Counted from the stretch's first letter, positions 25,801 to 39,300 are shown. The stretch is DNA of 64,000 nt from Tubiluchus corallicola (GCA_030141605.1 JAQGDQ010000060.1:62001-126000), one strand, 5' to 3'. The notes: generated from the sequence alone by a model not told the origin. A program made the numbers and translations.

Positions 25801-28800
25801 CCCATGACTACTAGTGAACAAGTCTGGTTCCACTACAATGCTAAGCCTGCTTAGCGTTTTCCTTGTCAGTCTGAGAGGATTAGCTAGTAACTAGTGGATT
25901 TTTCTAATTCACAAATTCTAAAAAGTCAGCATAGCAATGAGGAGAGAGCTCGAGCATTTCACTTTTTGTCTAAACAGCTTCAGCCGGTTCAGTGAATTCA
26001 CACTATTTAATACAATGTACCGGATCTCTGTCATCCACCTACGTTTCAAGCGTTTCTTAAAATCGTAGCAGAAGACAGAGCGAAAACTCCAAAACCTCCA
26101 TAACAAAGTTGTATATTCTAGTGATGTGACAAACAGATCGAATTCCCGAAGCAAGGCAAATCAAACTGTTCCATTCAATTTTGCCCGCGAATAATATTTC
26201 AGCAATTCAGTTTCACTCGGTAAAATCCGCAGCTCTTACGCTGTTTGCAAGACCCGGATCGTTAATTTATTACACAATACTTTTCTTGTTAAAATATGCT
26301 AAACTATCTATGGCGAAAAAACTTTAAAATAACGATCATATCATGTACGTCAAATATCTTCCGGTTATGGTAACCTACAGTAGATTCAACAACATGTGCG
26401 CTTCCAAAAGTGCAACACTGAGAAAGACTTGCCTGCACCCTCGTACAGCACAGCCATTTCACGCAGCTATGTTTATCGTCTGCCTTTTATATAATTAAGT
26501 TACGGACCTGATACCAAAAGAAAAATATCTTCGCCCAAATGAGGTATATTATTTCAATGTGACTTATAAGCAAAACAATGTTCGATTTCGACCTGATTCG
26601 GCACTGCATGCATCTAGTTCAATTTAGTTGGGCTTGGCCAACAATTTTTTTTTCTATTAGACAATGGCTTGATTCGGCGAATCATAAGTTTGTCCCAACG
26701 CCATTATAACGACTGGGGCGGACATCCAATGTTCGAGCTCGAATGTTCGAATACGATTCAAACCTTAAAATTATAGATTTGAATAATTCAGCACTTCAAC
26801 CACATGCGTTCTTTTGTTCTTAAAACGTTTTTAAACATCATGCAATCAGCACAATTTAGTAGCGATTTTTGTGCGCAATTTTAAGCAGTTATATTATTAG
26901 TAGTTTATTATTAATTATTAGTGGTTTTGATGCACAATAAAATTGAATAATAGGGCCTACGCATGATCTTTGTAAAACCGCTTTTTACCGAGGTTTCGAA
27001 AACCTGTTCGATAATCTTTTAAACTCAATTTGAATTCGATTTGAATTCGAAACACTGAAATTCGGTTCGATTCGAGTTCGAAAGTCACAAATTATATTTG
27101 ATTCGAATTTGATTTCTGGTAGAGAATGCTCACCCCTAATAATTACCTTGTAATTAGTCAGTACAACTATATCTAATAAGACTTTTGCAAGGAAATAAAC
27201 GTTAGAAAAGAAACACTCAAAAAGCGCCATATCATAAACCTAACATGATGGAAAATCTTCTCTTCCTTTTCTTTGAAAGAGACTGTTAATTCCACCATAT
27301 TATTTAATTTCACAGTAAAACATACGTGGGCCAAATTCATATCTCTTTTCTTCATATTCCGCTTCCGCAAACTCCAGTACAAACCTGATTGACTGCGCCA
27401 GCTGTAACACAACAATAAAGGCACTAAGACAGCAATTCAACAAAATAATAAAAGCAACGCTTCATCAAAAGATAAGGGCCCATTCAAGACCCATTCAATG
27501 TTTGGCTGAAGATGTAATTACTAATGCTTAATTGTGATTGCACAAGGGGCGTTATACGGGCAGGATGCCTCATTGACTGTAGTCCTAACAGTGGTGACTC
27601 GTAGCTAAAATTAGTGGGGGTGCAGCTTCAGCAAATTTTTAGCCATTGTTTTAATACTATGTAAAACGAAAAAAACATGTAGTTTTAATGTTGTAATTGT
27701 AATTTTAAACAAAGAAACATACGAAAGTTTATATAGAAACTTGATAAAATTCTAAACAAGAAAAATAACCAAAAAATAGTTCAAGATTGATCCATTCATG
27801 GCAAGCACGTGACAACTGACAACAAACAGTGTGAGCAACAGTACTTTCTCTAACTGGGCTCAGACAAGTGCACATGGCCGCATGCGCACAACAGCCAAAC
27901 ACCACGTTCCTGGAGTACACTGCGCTGGGCTGTGAAGCAAAAAGCACTACTCTCACGTGCTCTGGTTCCATATAAGTATAAAGAAAGAACTAGAGAAAAA
28001 AGACTTGTTATATTGAATATTATCGATAATATTGAGAGAAAATTGGGGGTGCCGCAGTTTCACAGTACATATACACAAGTCGGCACTGAGTCTTAATACA
28101 TGGCCAAATGTTTCTGAAAGAACAAATTTGCTGAGGTGATATATGCCACGTTTAAACAATTAACACTTGGCAAAATGATTGCATAGCATTGATTGTACAA
28201 ATGGGGTATTACTACTTGAACTGCTGCAATGTTGATTGTGTAAACGCTGTATTACTACTTGTATTGCTGCAATGTTGATCGTGTAAACATGGCATTACCT
28301 TGGTGTTTGCATTTTCAGGCACACTTACGAGCTCTGTCAGTTAATGAAGTGCCTTGGCCGGTACAGCATTTTTATGTCAATATCAAAAACTCTTGCAACA
28401 ATAATGACTCAGCAGTTAAATCACATATGAAAATATAAAAGCCTGTACAGCTCTGAAGCAGCAACGTGTGACGACAGCTGCTGCACTCAAGCTGTACAAT
28501 ATTTGGTACTCAACGTATAAACAAAACCGAGAGTAAAAAGATCTAGTTTATTCAAGACTCCTCATTAGGACACAGTAGGGGTGGAAATGAATTCCACAGC
28601 TAAAAAGTCCTCAGGCAGACTGAAATACGCGACGCCTCTCTTGGAGCGGAAAACTGAAGAGATCTGGCAAAGCATGACATTGAACACATGACAGCAAGCT
28701 ATATATTACCTTGATCTAATGGTTTATATCACTCCTGTTGACACAGTTTACTCATCAGTGCTAAAAGCTTCCAGGTTTTCTGGCCTGTGGTCAGTCACAA

Positions 28801-29453
28801 GCTCGAGGTGCATACTTGGCTATAATTTAATCAACACCAAGCCTAGCTAGTAAATGAATGGGTGACTATAATGGGAAAACTGCTTCTGGGTGGTTTCATC
28901 TGCCATATTGCTCCGACTATTTCTCACGTTAAAGAAGTATGTATAGGAATCTTAATTGCCAAGACATCTCTGCTAGGATTATGATCCTTGATAACTTCCT
29001 AAATATCGGCTCTACCAGAACCTTTTACTATAGTGGTAGGCCAATTATTGTTTCATTGCAGCATGCAAAGGACGCTATCACATATAAATATTTTTGACTG
29101 CTCAAATAGTTAATACTAATAATACTCATATATTATACTTTATCAATGGACTAATTATTATATTGTCATAATTCTGCCTCTTGTTCCTTTAATAGCCGCT
29201 TATATTCTAGCATAATGGTAGGCCTAAATGTAAACATACAAACCAGGCTGACCAGGCACACCTGGTAGTTTTGGCAAACACACCATATGTTTGTGTAACA
29301 GTTTCAGTTATTGTAAGAAATTATTGCAACAGTAAAGGGTACAATTATGTCAATATAGTAACAATCTAATAATTAGTGGGTACCTAGTTATATAAATTAC
29401 TAGTATTAGTCTATTACCCCTCTTATTTTCCAGTAGCCGAGTAACGGAGCCAT
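17808..29453 (-). CDS. GSTM: Glutathione S-transferase, mu class (copy A), 220 aa; complement(join(17808..17897,18456..18662,20538..20644,23243..23324,25202..25266,27326..27401,29418..29453))
   Basis: [18 protein letters not shown] (catalytic Tyr), mu-loop GPPPNFDRSHW, LGLDFPNLPYLIDG, QTNTILRYL, PLNGRMAKFG. Exon sizes 36/76/65/82/107/207/90 mirror vertebrate GSTM (36/76/65/82/101/96+111/90). All junctions GT-AG and in phase. Confidence 0.95.
18055..18137. repeat. Short foldback with perfect 20-bp arms
   Basis: ATTAACTAGTCAATATTAAA ... TTTAATATTGACTAGTTAAT around a (TA)n core, in the last intron of GST-A. Confidence 0.75.
18165..18220. repeat. (CA)n/(GCAC)n microsatellite
   Basis: Seen directly. 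Confidence 0.8.
19075..20136 (+). mobile_element. Family B TIR element nested in family A
   Basis: TATA|TGTGTG...CACACA|TATA, homologous to 41587-42240. Confidence 0.8.
19502..19903. mobile_element. hAT-Tip100-like MITE nested in family B
   Basis: Starts CAGCGGCGGATT and ends ...TATCCGC; has GGGCCTTAGGCTT subterminal repeats and an internal 15-bp x4 TGTGTAAAC repeat; interrupts the family B sequence ACAATT(A/G)CAGTACTAG. Confidence 0.6.
20737..21943 (-). mobile_element. Family B element (inverted, rearranged) containing a hAT insertion
   Basis: Homologous to 6959-7608; both termini are recognisable. Confidence 0.7.
21418..21901. mobile_element. hAT-Charlie-like MITE
   Basis: 16-bp TIR CAGGGGTGTGCAAATT / AATTTGCACACCCCTG; TSD ACTTAAAC/ACTTAAAA; GGCCCGC subterminal motifs. 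Confidence 0.85.
22833..22888. repeat. (CT)n microsatellite within a ~600-bp pyrimidine-rich tract
   Basis: Seen directly. Confidence 0.9.
23394..23961. mobile_element. Tc1/mariner-type MITE
   Basis: TA|CAGGGCGTCTCAAAAGT...ACTTTTGAGACACCCTG|TA. Confidence 0.8.
24083..24233. repeat. Minisatellite, alternating 37/36-bp units x4 (73-bp dimer x2)
   Basis: GCACAGAG(A/T)CCCA...TGGGCGA(C/T)TGCT(C)ACT repeated. Confidence 0.85.
24593..25074. mobile_element. Tigger/pogo-like MITE, family T1 (482 bp, inverted relative to 11137)
   Basis: TA|CAGTCAACCTCGG...TGAGGTCGACTG|TA; internal sequence matches the 11137 copy. Confidence 0.85.
25461..25653. repeat. Tandem duplication (~85-96 bp, two copies plus a partial)
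   Basis: AATGCAACCCAAC at 25461, 25546 and 25642; AGTCGACATAAGCAAGTT repeated. Confidence 0.8.
26190..26460. repeat. Diverged dispersed repeat (second copy at ~52540-52890)
   Basis: Shared AGCTCTTACGC, GTTAAAATA.GCTAAACT, TAACCTACAGTAGAT and AAAGACTTGCC in the same order. Boundaries are approximate. Confidence 0.6.
26714..27138. mobile_element. hAT-Ac-like MITE with TTCGAA subterminal arrays (related copy at 53252-53545, inverted)
   Basis: Ends ...AGAATGCTCACCCCTA; multiple TTCGA(A) motifs; shared ATTATAGATT.GAATAATTCAGCACTTCA. Confidence 0.65.
27589..28057. mobile_element. hAT-like fragment, copy of 16619-17102
   Basis: Clear similarity over ~470 bp; CAGTGGTGACTCG terminus. Confidence 0.65.
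28404..28414 (+). promoter_or_regulatory. CNC/Nrf2-sMaf antioxidant response element in GST-A intron 1
   Basis: Exact ATGACTCAGCA consensus; GSTs are established Nrf2/CncC targets. Confidence 0.6.
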
Positions 29454-29859
29454 TAACTATGTCGGGTTGGGTTCAATCAAATGTGTAATCTGGAAAATAC
29501 AAACAAAGCCTTAGATTTAGGAAATAATTCTAATAAGTTAATTTTAAGAACGCAAAATATATGCGAGCATCATGAAACATCAGCTACTATCCATGTCATG
29601 AGACGAGTCTAATAGTAATAAACCTAGTATATAATAATAATTAACAACACTGCTGAGCAATAAGGAAAGAGAACGCATCCAGGAAAAACTAACTAGGAAA
29701 ATTTTTTTAGAACACTAACAGAGCTACAATACACCGAGAATTTCAGTCTACGTCAAAATACAACACGCCGAAGAAGTTGTGTAATCATTACAGCTTTACA
29801 ACACTCGGCAAACACGCTAATACAGTACACACCATAAAACCAACACACCCTAGCAAGGT

Positions 29860-29915
29860 AAATTTTGATTGGTCGCCCAGATTCTGCTCTCTGTGCAATA
29901 CGTACCAATAGAAAC
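29860..29915 (-). promoter_or_regulatory. Candidate GST-A promoter (two CCAAT boxes)
   Basis: ATTGG at ~29868 and CCAAT at ~29905, ~420 bp upstream of the ATG. An acceptor at 29490 implies an upstream non-coding exon. Confidence 0.3.
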
Positions 29916-30831
29916 CACCGAAAGAGACGGGTCTGTCATAAAACTATATGCATAATTCTGAAAGCCTATAATTATGAATGTATTATTTTACAGTTTACAC
30001 TTTTTTGAAAAATCAGGAGCCAAAATATAATATACGTTTCATTTCTGTTTCTTTATTGTTTTGTTTTTCCGTTGTATAATTTTATGTGTATAATGTATTG
30101 TAAATATGTAACTAATTACGAAAATGTTACTAAGTGCATGTACTGTGTGACTGTTGTATTCATGTGCTTTTTCATGTACCAAAAAATAATATTAAAGGCA
30201 TGTACGCGATCCTTCATACTTAGACACTGATTGAGCATTAGACAACGTTTAATATGAATTGGAAATAGTGTTCCTAAGCATGTAATAATCTTTCCATTCT
30301 CTAAGCAATAATAACATAGGCCCAATCTCCTCTATAGCAAGGTATAATAATTATGTAGTTTTTAAGAACGGAGCTAACGATTAAATCACAAAATCGTTCC
30401 AAACCTGTTAATTTTATTTCAACGAAATGCTTAATTGTCGACTAAACATTTTTATGTTGCAAGCAAGTCAGTATGTGTATTATTACTAGAAAGTCAAGTA
30501 ACTATTCGGTTAGAAGTCTAGTGATTCTTTATTACCATAATTCTGTAAAAAGATAGAAGAAACTACTCAACAAAATTATTCATATGTAACAAAAATAATT
30601 TGAAACTTTATTTTGCAAAAAATAGATATTCTAAAAAATTAATTTGATTTACCTATAGTATACAAAATTTAAATTTGATTTCAATATAATAACATCTTTA
30701 CTTTATAATAACAAACGAGGGTGTAGATAATTTTATTCTACAATCTAGAAACTTTATGGTATCATAAAGATACAGAGCATCTCCTATGAAATATTGTAAA
30801 ATACTTTTATATATAAAAATATACTCATCTA

Positions 30832-31043
30832 CAGTCAACCTCGGATATAAGGGACACCTCAAGGTTTCTATTAGCGGGACCTGAAGATATCGTCCCTTAT
30901 AACAGAAAGTCCCTTATATCCGAGTACCTTATACACGAAGATTTTTAAATAAGAAAAACGTTACGAAAAATCGGGATCGATGTTGGTGGTCCTTATAAGC
31001 GAGTGTCCCTCATAAGCGAGTACCTTATACTCGTGGTTGACTG
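30832..31043. mobile_element. Tigger/pogo-like MITE, family T1, internally deleted (212 bp)
   Basis: TA|CAGTCAACCTCGGATATAAGG...GGTTGACTG|TA. Confidence 0.85.
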
Positions 31044-31775
31044 TAGTTATAAAACAAAGTTGTTTGCACCATTTAATCCACAAAGCACACTGGGCACAGT
31101 ATTGAAGTAGTAATCTCTAAGAACTCACACACTTATAACACCAGTAAATGAAAGACATCACAGATGATTAATTTTTGTTTTGCTTTAGTCTCATGTTCAA
31201 TTTAATTCAATTCAATTTATCTGATATATTATCACACATTTTAAAGCTTACAGTAATTTCTACTGATTCAACGTTAACACTTTTGCAAAGTAACGACACT
31301 AGTGCCAATTACACAACTATTTTCCTACGGTATGTAATAAAAAATAAGATATGGCTGCCTCTTGAATTTCCTAGAGAAGAAAACACAATTATTTAATAAT
31401 CGACTGATTATAAAAGTGCACTTTAAAGTTAACTAGAAAAATATAATATCGGTAGGTATGTCATAGTTTTATCAGCATACGATTAAAATTGATATGTATA
31501 ATAAAATCTAATGTAACAATTATTAAAAGAAATTCCCATGACAACAGCTCAGACTACAGCAAAGAACAACAGGTAGGCATGGTTCAGAAATTTCATGAGC
31601 TTTAATGGTTCAGCAATGAGTTGTCTAGAAAGCAATAGTACAACTCTGGATACGCACTGAATGAGAAGTAATGAATACCATAAAAAATTATTTATATTAT
31701 CACAATAATGAGGCAAGAAACTAAGCATTTAAACTATTATTATTACTAGCAACAGACTAAAAATTAATATACATA

Positions 31776-32844
31776 CGACTGCAAGCAGTGCAATTACACA
31801 CTAGCATTGTTTTTTTATCTCGCCCCTAGATGGCAGGCAAAAAGTTGCTCAGTCACCATAGCAACGCCAAATTTAGCAATGCCCATTCTAGCAGTGTGAT
31901 CTTAGAAGCTACAGCAGGACAATGAACACAGCAGCTGCGCGTAACAAACACCGTGTCAACCATTTGTTCCAGCTAAACTGTGGTTTGCTACTGCGTGAAA
32001 TTTTACATAATTTTTTTTACAAATATCGTAAATGTACAAAAAGTTTATGTCCTGCATTTGCATAATTCCTGTTGGATACGTCATTAGCTATTTGAAGAGA
32101 TTGGCTGTTTTTCTTTAAGTATGCAAATAATTTAGCTACTTTAGAAAAATCTGCCGACATTACATGAAAAATGCTTCATTTTCTGAACAAAACAGCATAA
32201 AACACTTAATAAATTTACGGAAAATGCACAAAACCCAAAAATGATCTTGACACAAAAATGCGATCATTACAAAGCTTAAAAACACCCTCTTAATAGATCT
32301 GTTGACTGTTTTTACCTGTACCTACTCACTGAAACAAAATTAACAAATATTGTGTAAAAAGTGTAATTTCTCAGTGGCCAGCAAGTTGATCTAGGGTTAC
32401 CATACATCCGAGTTTCCCCGGACACGTCCTCTGTCTGGGCAGGTTTTCAAAAAATCGACAGTTTGTCCAGGTTTTGCATCAATCCGTAAGTATGTATGGA
32501 CGTTGCCAACTGCAGTGGCATACGACAAAGAAAAGCTCGTTAATTTTCAATACAAGATGTTGCTAACATCTCAAAATGCAACCCTTGTAAAAGCTTTGTG
32601 TACATATTTACTGAACAAAAGTAAGCGATGCGGATTCCGGGAGCCATTTTATTTGTTTTTATGTGATTTCTTTAAATTTGTATAGTTTCTCTGTTTTTGC
32701 AATGTTTTAATAGACCCTAGACTGGTCATTTTTGCCTACTTGCAAGTGTGCGAAAAAGTGTCCTCTTTTTCAACTCAGACAATATGGTAACCCTATGTTG
32801 ATCAGGCACAACAATGAAACTTGTAATTGCATTATTTACAGTTG
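31776..32844 (+). mobile_element. Family A TIR element interrupted by a hAT MITE
   Basis: Colinear with 15513-16166 once 32392-32803 is removed. Confidence 0.75.
32392..32795. mobile_element. hAT-Blackjack-like MITE
   Basis: TIR TAGGGTTACCATA / TATGGTAACCCTA; TSD AGTTGATC/TGTTGATC; the empty site is visible in the family A copy at ~16118-16125. Confidence 0.85.
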
Positions 32845-33369
32845 CATGAAACAATAAATCTTCAATGGTTAACAAATACCAACAATAAATAATACTAAAG
32901 AAACTTTCTCAGTCGGACAATACAAGGTAAAAATGCATGTATATCTCTAGTAAAATAATACAAAACTGTATTAATTACATAGAGGGTATATTTGAAAACC
33001 CGGGATGGAAATAATCATGTAGTAAAGAAAACAGTTCTTAGTTTGCAGGTGTTGATACTTTAGCCCGTATAGAAAGCTATTTGAGAAACTTGAAGTAAAA
33101 AGATGCAGCAAGGAAGGAATTGAAACTTCAATTTGAAAGAACTGTCTAAATGATGTTAGCACTTAATGTAATTTGCAACGACGCGAGCATAATTTGCACA
33201 AAAGCACATTAGTTTAAGAGCCTTGAAAACAATTGCAGTGCATTTTAAAAAGAACTACATTAAGGAAGATTAATTTTTTCCATTATAGTTTTCCAAACCT
33301 TCAAGTTGTAATGATGAAAACGTAATTTCAAATCTTTAATAAGAAGCTAAGTCAATAGGCCGTAGTTGC

Positions 33370-36300
33370 TCAAATGTCACCACCCCATTTGGCTACCCTG
33401 CCGTTTAGCGGCCAAACAATGAACCTCTCAGAAGCCATGTACTTCTTCATGGCAGGAAGAGCCTGTAAAAGAAGATATAGTTCATAAACAGAAGCCAAAA
33501 CTGATAAATATATGTGTGTCACCAATTACATGTAAACAAAATGTATGTATCTAAAAAGGAAAACAATTTCTATGAATTCATAGTTGCTGAGTTTTTGAAA
33601 GCAAACTTGAAAGAAAAGAAACGTAAAAAAGCTGACACTGCATATTCAACGCAGTACTCTTGGGTGATCTTAGATTTAAACAAAGTTATACCATAAGACT
33701 TGAATTCATTGTATCCTGAAGAATTGCATTATCAAGTAATAAGATTTAATCTTCCCCATATACAGACAAGGAAAACTTAATAACATCGCGCGGTAACAGT
33801 ACTGACTCCACATTCAATTCCTGATTAGCTCTGTAAATCATAATGTGGAAGACATGATTACTATCATCAAATTTTTGCAAGTTTAAACAAGTAAAACAAC
33901 ACAAAGCTCAAGATTTCCACAGTGTAGAACAGTAATATGTTCTTCAGTACAACTCATTTCATATGTAACATGTAAAATCAACAGCCAAACACCACGAAAA
34001 ACAACTAAGAAACACGTTTCGACAAGTTCTAAGTTCTAATAGCACACTCAAACGTAAAGATTTCTCTCGCAGTTTGTTGCGCAACTTCCCTCTGAGAGTA
34101 AAGTTGCACGTGCGAACGGCTTGGCAACTGATTGTGCAAACTAACTCACAGCAACATATGCCGAGTTTGCAATAAGTTGCGAGAGAAATCTCTACGCCTA
34201 AACGCACAAGAAACGCGTTCTAAAGAAAGTGGAAAATATACAAAATATATTTAACCATACTTCAATAAAATTCATTTAATCCAGGGCCGCCTTAATGCAC
34301 GGGTATGCTGGGCAGTTGCCCTGGAGCCCCATACTAATCTGTGTATGTTGTGACTTGCTGTCAATAAATAAATAATACATTATTTGTAGATTAATAATAC
34401 ATAATTCATAGTAATTTCATACAGTGTCATCTCCATCTGTGTGGTTTACCAATTGAGTATTTTTTATATGTTGAAATTTTTGTGTTAGTCAAAGTTCATG
34501 TTAGATTGTTCAAACATTTGTGTTGATTAGTCTTTGCTGTACAAAAAATTTTGTTGCAATAGAATAAATATACATTTAATTTTATCGACCATTTCCATTT
34601 TTATACCTGTGAATGGTTGTGTAGGTAGGGGCCCCAGTGCCCTGCTTTGCCCTGGACCCTTATAACGCTGGCATTAAGATGGCTCTGATTTAATCAACTG
34701 TGTAACGGATAGTGAAACCTTTACCTGGAATCTAACCATATAATCCTGCAAATTCTTGAAATCATCCAAGCATCCGGGTATGAATTTATTGTTGACGTAC
34801 AGTAGTTCATAAACGATGAAGTCTACCATGTTTATATTGTCTCCGGTAATCCATTTACGTTTTCCCAAGTAGTCGGAGAGCGATTTAATCTTGCCAGGTA
34901 AATCCTTCGCATAATTGGCTTTACACGTCTCCTAATGAGAGAAATGTACTTCTTTACTCTCGTTTTCTTTTAACCGTGATTCATGTCTATGAATACTTGA
35001 AATGGTAAACTATATGTTCTATTGTTCTTTATATAAATATCACAGACGTAAAAGGACAGTAAGCCGCTTATCACAGCTTTCCCTGTTAAACAGCTGAATA
35101 ATGCCAATGCCAGATCACAGATCTCTGTAATAAATTAATCTATAGGGAAATATGACTAAATTAATGAAACTTACCACTAAGAGGATAAAGACAGCATTTT
35201 TTACACACAGCGTATCACTACATAATGCCAATTCCTATCCTGTCATTATACAACTATACTTACGCATCAACTATGCTCATACCTAGATGCTTAATTCAGT
35301 ACTACCATAGTAGACTCAATGATGTTACAATCTGACATTTGTTTATCTTTTTTTTAATTCCTTTCTTTATTACATACTTCTTCCGGACAGGGTTCACAAA
35401 GGTACACTAACTTTGGTTGGTTCAATAAGAATTTCAATGCCAACAGTACTTTATGCATAGATAGTGAGATCTATTCAGAGTGAAAGATACTATAAACTGA
35501 TGCGCGAGTCTAAAAACTACTCGTTTCATACTGTAATCTCAGACGTTAGACGTCGGAGTATCTACGAATAAGTTAACTAGGCTATAGCCGGAGTACCAAA
35601 TTTTGAGAGGCGCTAGATTTTAGGGACCCAGTTTTAAAAAATTCTTATTCTCCTCGGAAAATGCAGATCTTTTCATATTCATCTAATGCCTGTACTTTAT
35701 AACACACCACAAGCAGTTAGATTGTCAGCTTTTACATAAGAGTTATATATATATATATAGGGAACAACATTTTATAAAAATATAACCACGAAGGTAATAG
35801 TACTACTAATACACCACAAACAACTGTGTACTGGACTTCAAATATAGATATCCATAAGATATTGGGCAGGTCATAACTGTCTGCCAAGGCATCTAACATC
35901 TTGATGTGCCCCTAATTAGAGGCTTCCAAACTCTACGAACAGCATTCCGCTAAGATATGCAATATGCATAGCAGGTATTTCATTAAATGTGATTTTTGCT
36001 TTTAAATGCGCAACCCAAATTTTCAGCTTTTAGAAAAATGCTAGAGCAATAATGTTATTTATGGCACAGAAAGTTGATACTTAAGTTTCATAGACTATAT
36101 GCAGGTAGTTATGCCACCTAGTTTGAGACATAAGTTTTGATAATCAGAGCAATATGCAACAAGCTCATACAATATTAGTCAGCAAAACAATCACCTTCAA
36201 CAACTTATTTACAAAACAAGATACAGTAAGTCCTCGCTTAAAGACTCCCCATTTAGGGAAGTTTCGTTTCAACGACGCTAATCATTTTGACACCTTTTTT

Positions 36301-39300
36301 TAGCTGGCTTCGTTTCGACGACAATTTTTTGCCTTACTTTAAACACTAAAATCTTATTTGCTGCGCTTGTACTCTATCAAGAAGCCCGCCACTCACTCCA
36401 GATCAGCGTAGCACAACTAAACTGTCAGTAGACAATCAGCTGCAGTTACAGGCAGGGCACGATGATTCATTGCTTTCCCACGTTTAGATAAAATTCTTCT
36501 TGATAAAATGCAAAAGTTTCACCTGATAAAACTCTCCCCTGTTACAAGGTTAATTGCTGCGTTCACTTCATTTGCATTTTAGCAGCGGTAATATTAGTAA
36601 TATTTTAATTAAAGAAACATTGTAGAACTGTAAGCAATAAACCACGAAAAAGTGTTTAATTTATGAGCCAAACGTTAATGATTTTTCTCTTGCAAGATAA
36701 CTGAGCTTTTTAACATAGCCACGCTCAATGGTTTTCGCCGCGCTGCAAGCAACTGATTTTACATAGCCAAGCACTAGTGATTTTTGCTCCTGGAATGCAA
36801 CCGAATGCTTTTACATTGTTTCTTATGGAAAACAAAGTTTCGTTTAGCGACGTTTCACTTAACGGCGAGTTTTGCAGGAAGGCACTAGCATCGTTAAGCA
36901 ACGAGTTACTGTAGGGCCTTAAATCTGTGTGAATTATCAACAGAAAAATCTTAGTCAAACTTAATGGCAGTCATTAGGCGATAGAAATGTTTGAGCGGAA
37001 TTTCATGCTTTATTACTTCTAATGTCTGTTACTTTAACTATTCTACAGTAGCTAATCTTTAGCTATAATTTCAACACCTAGCTGCAACACAAAGCTATTA
37101 ATATCACACTCAACAATAAAATCCAAACTTACAAATTCCCCGAGAAAGGCATACATTGCAAAACTAATGGCCATTCGCATGTCCGCACATACTTCCATTG
37201 CTACATTTTGTCTGTTCAACTCCTGCTCTGTTTTACCCTCTGAAAAATCAATAATTGTCAAAATAACTGTAAAGCCACATTAGTTTGCACATTACAAATG
37301 TTCTAGTCAAGTATTTGCTAGGCATACATAGTTTTGTGACTGTCAATCAGTCTCCATAAACACAAAATCGATGAGTCACAATTTGTTTCCCCTAGCTGCT
37401 TTTCAGTTGAGCCCATCGTTGTTTTAAAACCTGTATACCCCCTCCGTTTTGATTTTATTCTCAATAATGGGTATGGTTGTACTCCTGCCACAATCATTTG
37501 TTGATGAGCGCTGAAGATGTCTTGCATATACATATATAAACTATTTGTATGTACAGATACATACATTGTAAATCAGGAGACAACTTACCTAACTTGTATT
37601 TCTTTGCCAGGTACCTCAAAATAGCATTTGTCTGGGTTAGTTTTAGGTCGCCATCTATGTAATAGGGTAACTGAAAATCAATAATAAAAAAAATTGAAAA
37701 ATTTCATTTTCGTAAATTAACCATTTCACTAAAACAAATAGCTCAAACAGCACCACTATGCAAACACAAATTCTCAGTAACTCCCAATCCCCATAATCCA
37801 CTTTTTTAAGGACGGGATTTAAGAAAAAAATGCTATAAAAATTTTTGTGAAAAGGAACCTCATTTACCTGTCACTTGTGTGAGCTAGAACAACCAAAAAC
37901 CAGATTGATTAGAAATCATATAAACACCTAGGTACCAGTTCAAGGTACAAGAAGGTACCTTGTACACCTAGGTACCAGTTCCACAAGAGCAGGCAATCAC
38001 TTTTTAACATGAAATGCACATTTCTATACATCACTTTTGCTGTTAAGAAGCACTTCTTAACTGCTGTCTTTACTTTAGTGTGCTCAGAGTAACATCCGGA
38101 GCCAGATGTTCCTATCCATAGTTCACGATGAACATCTGCACGTGTTAAACTGATTTATTAAAATGATTTTGCGATTGAAAAAGTAATCAAGTGTATGTAT
38201 TGAGAACGTTGCCAGCTTTTCATATCTTGGCAGTGTGATGAGTTGTGATGGAGGCACAGAAAGCGACGTCAGGGTGAGAATTAGCAAAGCAAGCAGCAGT
38301 ATTTAGGAAGATGGGAAAAATCTGGGCAAACAAGAAAATTGACAAGAAAATCAAGCGTCGTTTGTGCAACACCATTGTGCTGCCAACAGCTCTTTATGCC
38401 AGCAAAACCTGGAAAGTCACAGCGGCGCTATCAAAGAAACTGGACGTCTTCCACCATAAATGTCTTCGGAAAATCCTGGGGAAAATTGGTAAAATATCCT
38501 ATCGTGACCATGTTACCAATGTGGAACTCCCACAGCAGGCACAATCAAGGCGGTTGCAGGAAATAGTCGCAGAGAGAAGACTGACATTGGCTGGACATAT
38601 CTACGCCTACCACAACAACGCCACTCCAAAATAGCGTTATGCTGGGAACCACCTGGTGGAAAAAGGAAAAGAGGTCGGCCAAAAACAACGTGGCACAGAT
38701 CTTTCAAAGAAGGCCTTCGGGCTAGGAACAGACGTTGGGAGAACATCGAAAGAGAAGCCGCCGATACAACTCAGTGGAAAATGCTGTGTGCCCAATGTGC
38801 ATCCCTGCACGGGAAGGACTAAGGTCTAAGGTAAGGTATGTGTAGCAGTGAAACCTGTTACCCAAAGATGATGCATCTGTCCAGAGCCCGTCATGCAGGT
38901 TGGTAATTTTGAGAATTTTGGAAAATGACAATTCAACATTATTCTCACTGAATATGACCCTATTAATAGGATCATATTATGTGACCATTTTTCAGCAACA
39001 AAACAAGGAGCTGCTAACTTTCCAAGAAATGACTATGCATATGCATTCATGATGCTGTCAAATAAATTAGATAAACTTAAATGTTCAACAACATATCCAT
39101 TATCCTTTACATTTTGCCTTAACGATAATAAATAAATAAATAAATAAAATAAATAAATGTGCTTTCAAAGATATATGTGGGTCAAATTATAAGTATTCAC
39201 GGTACATAAAATAAAATGTGATCGACCTTTCCAAGGCATTGGACCCAATCGATGGTCACTCATTTTGCGTGACGAATCTAGGTGCCTTGCAATGTTAAAA

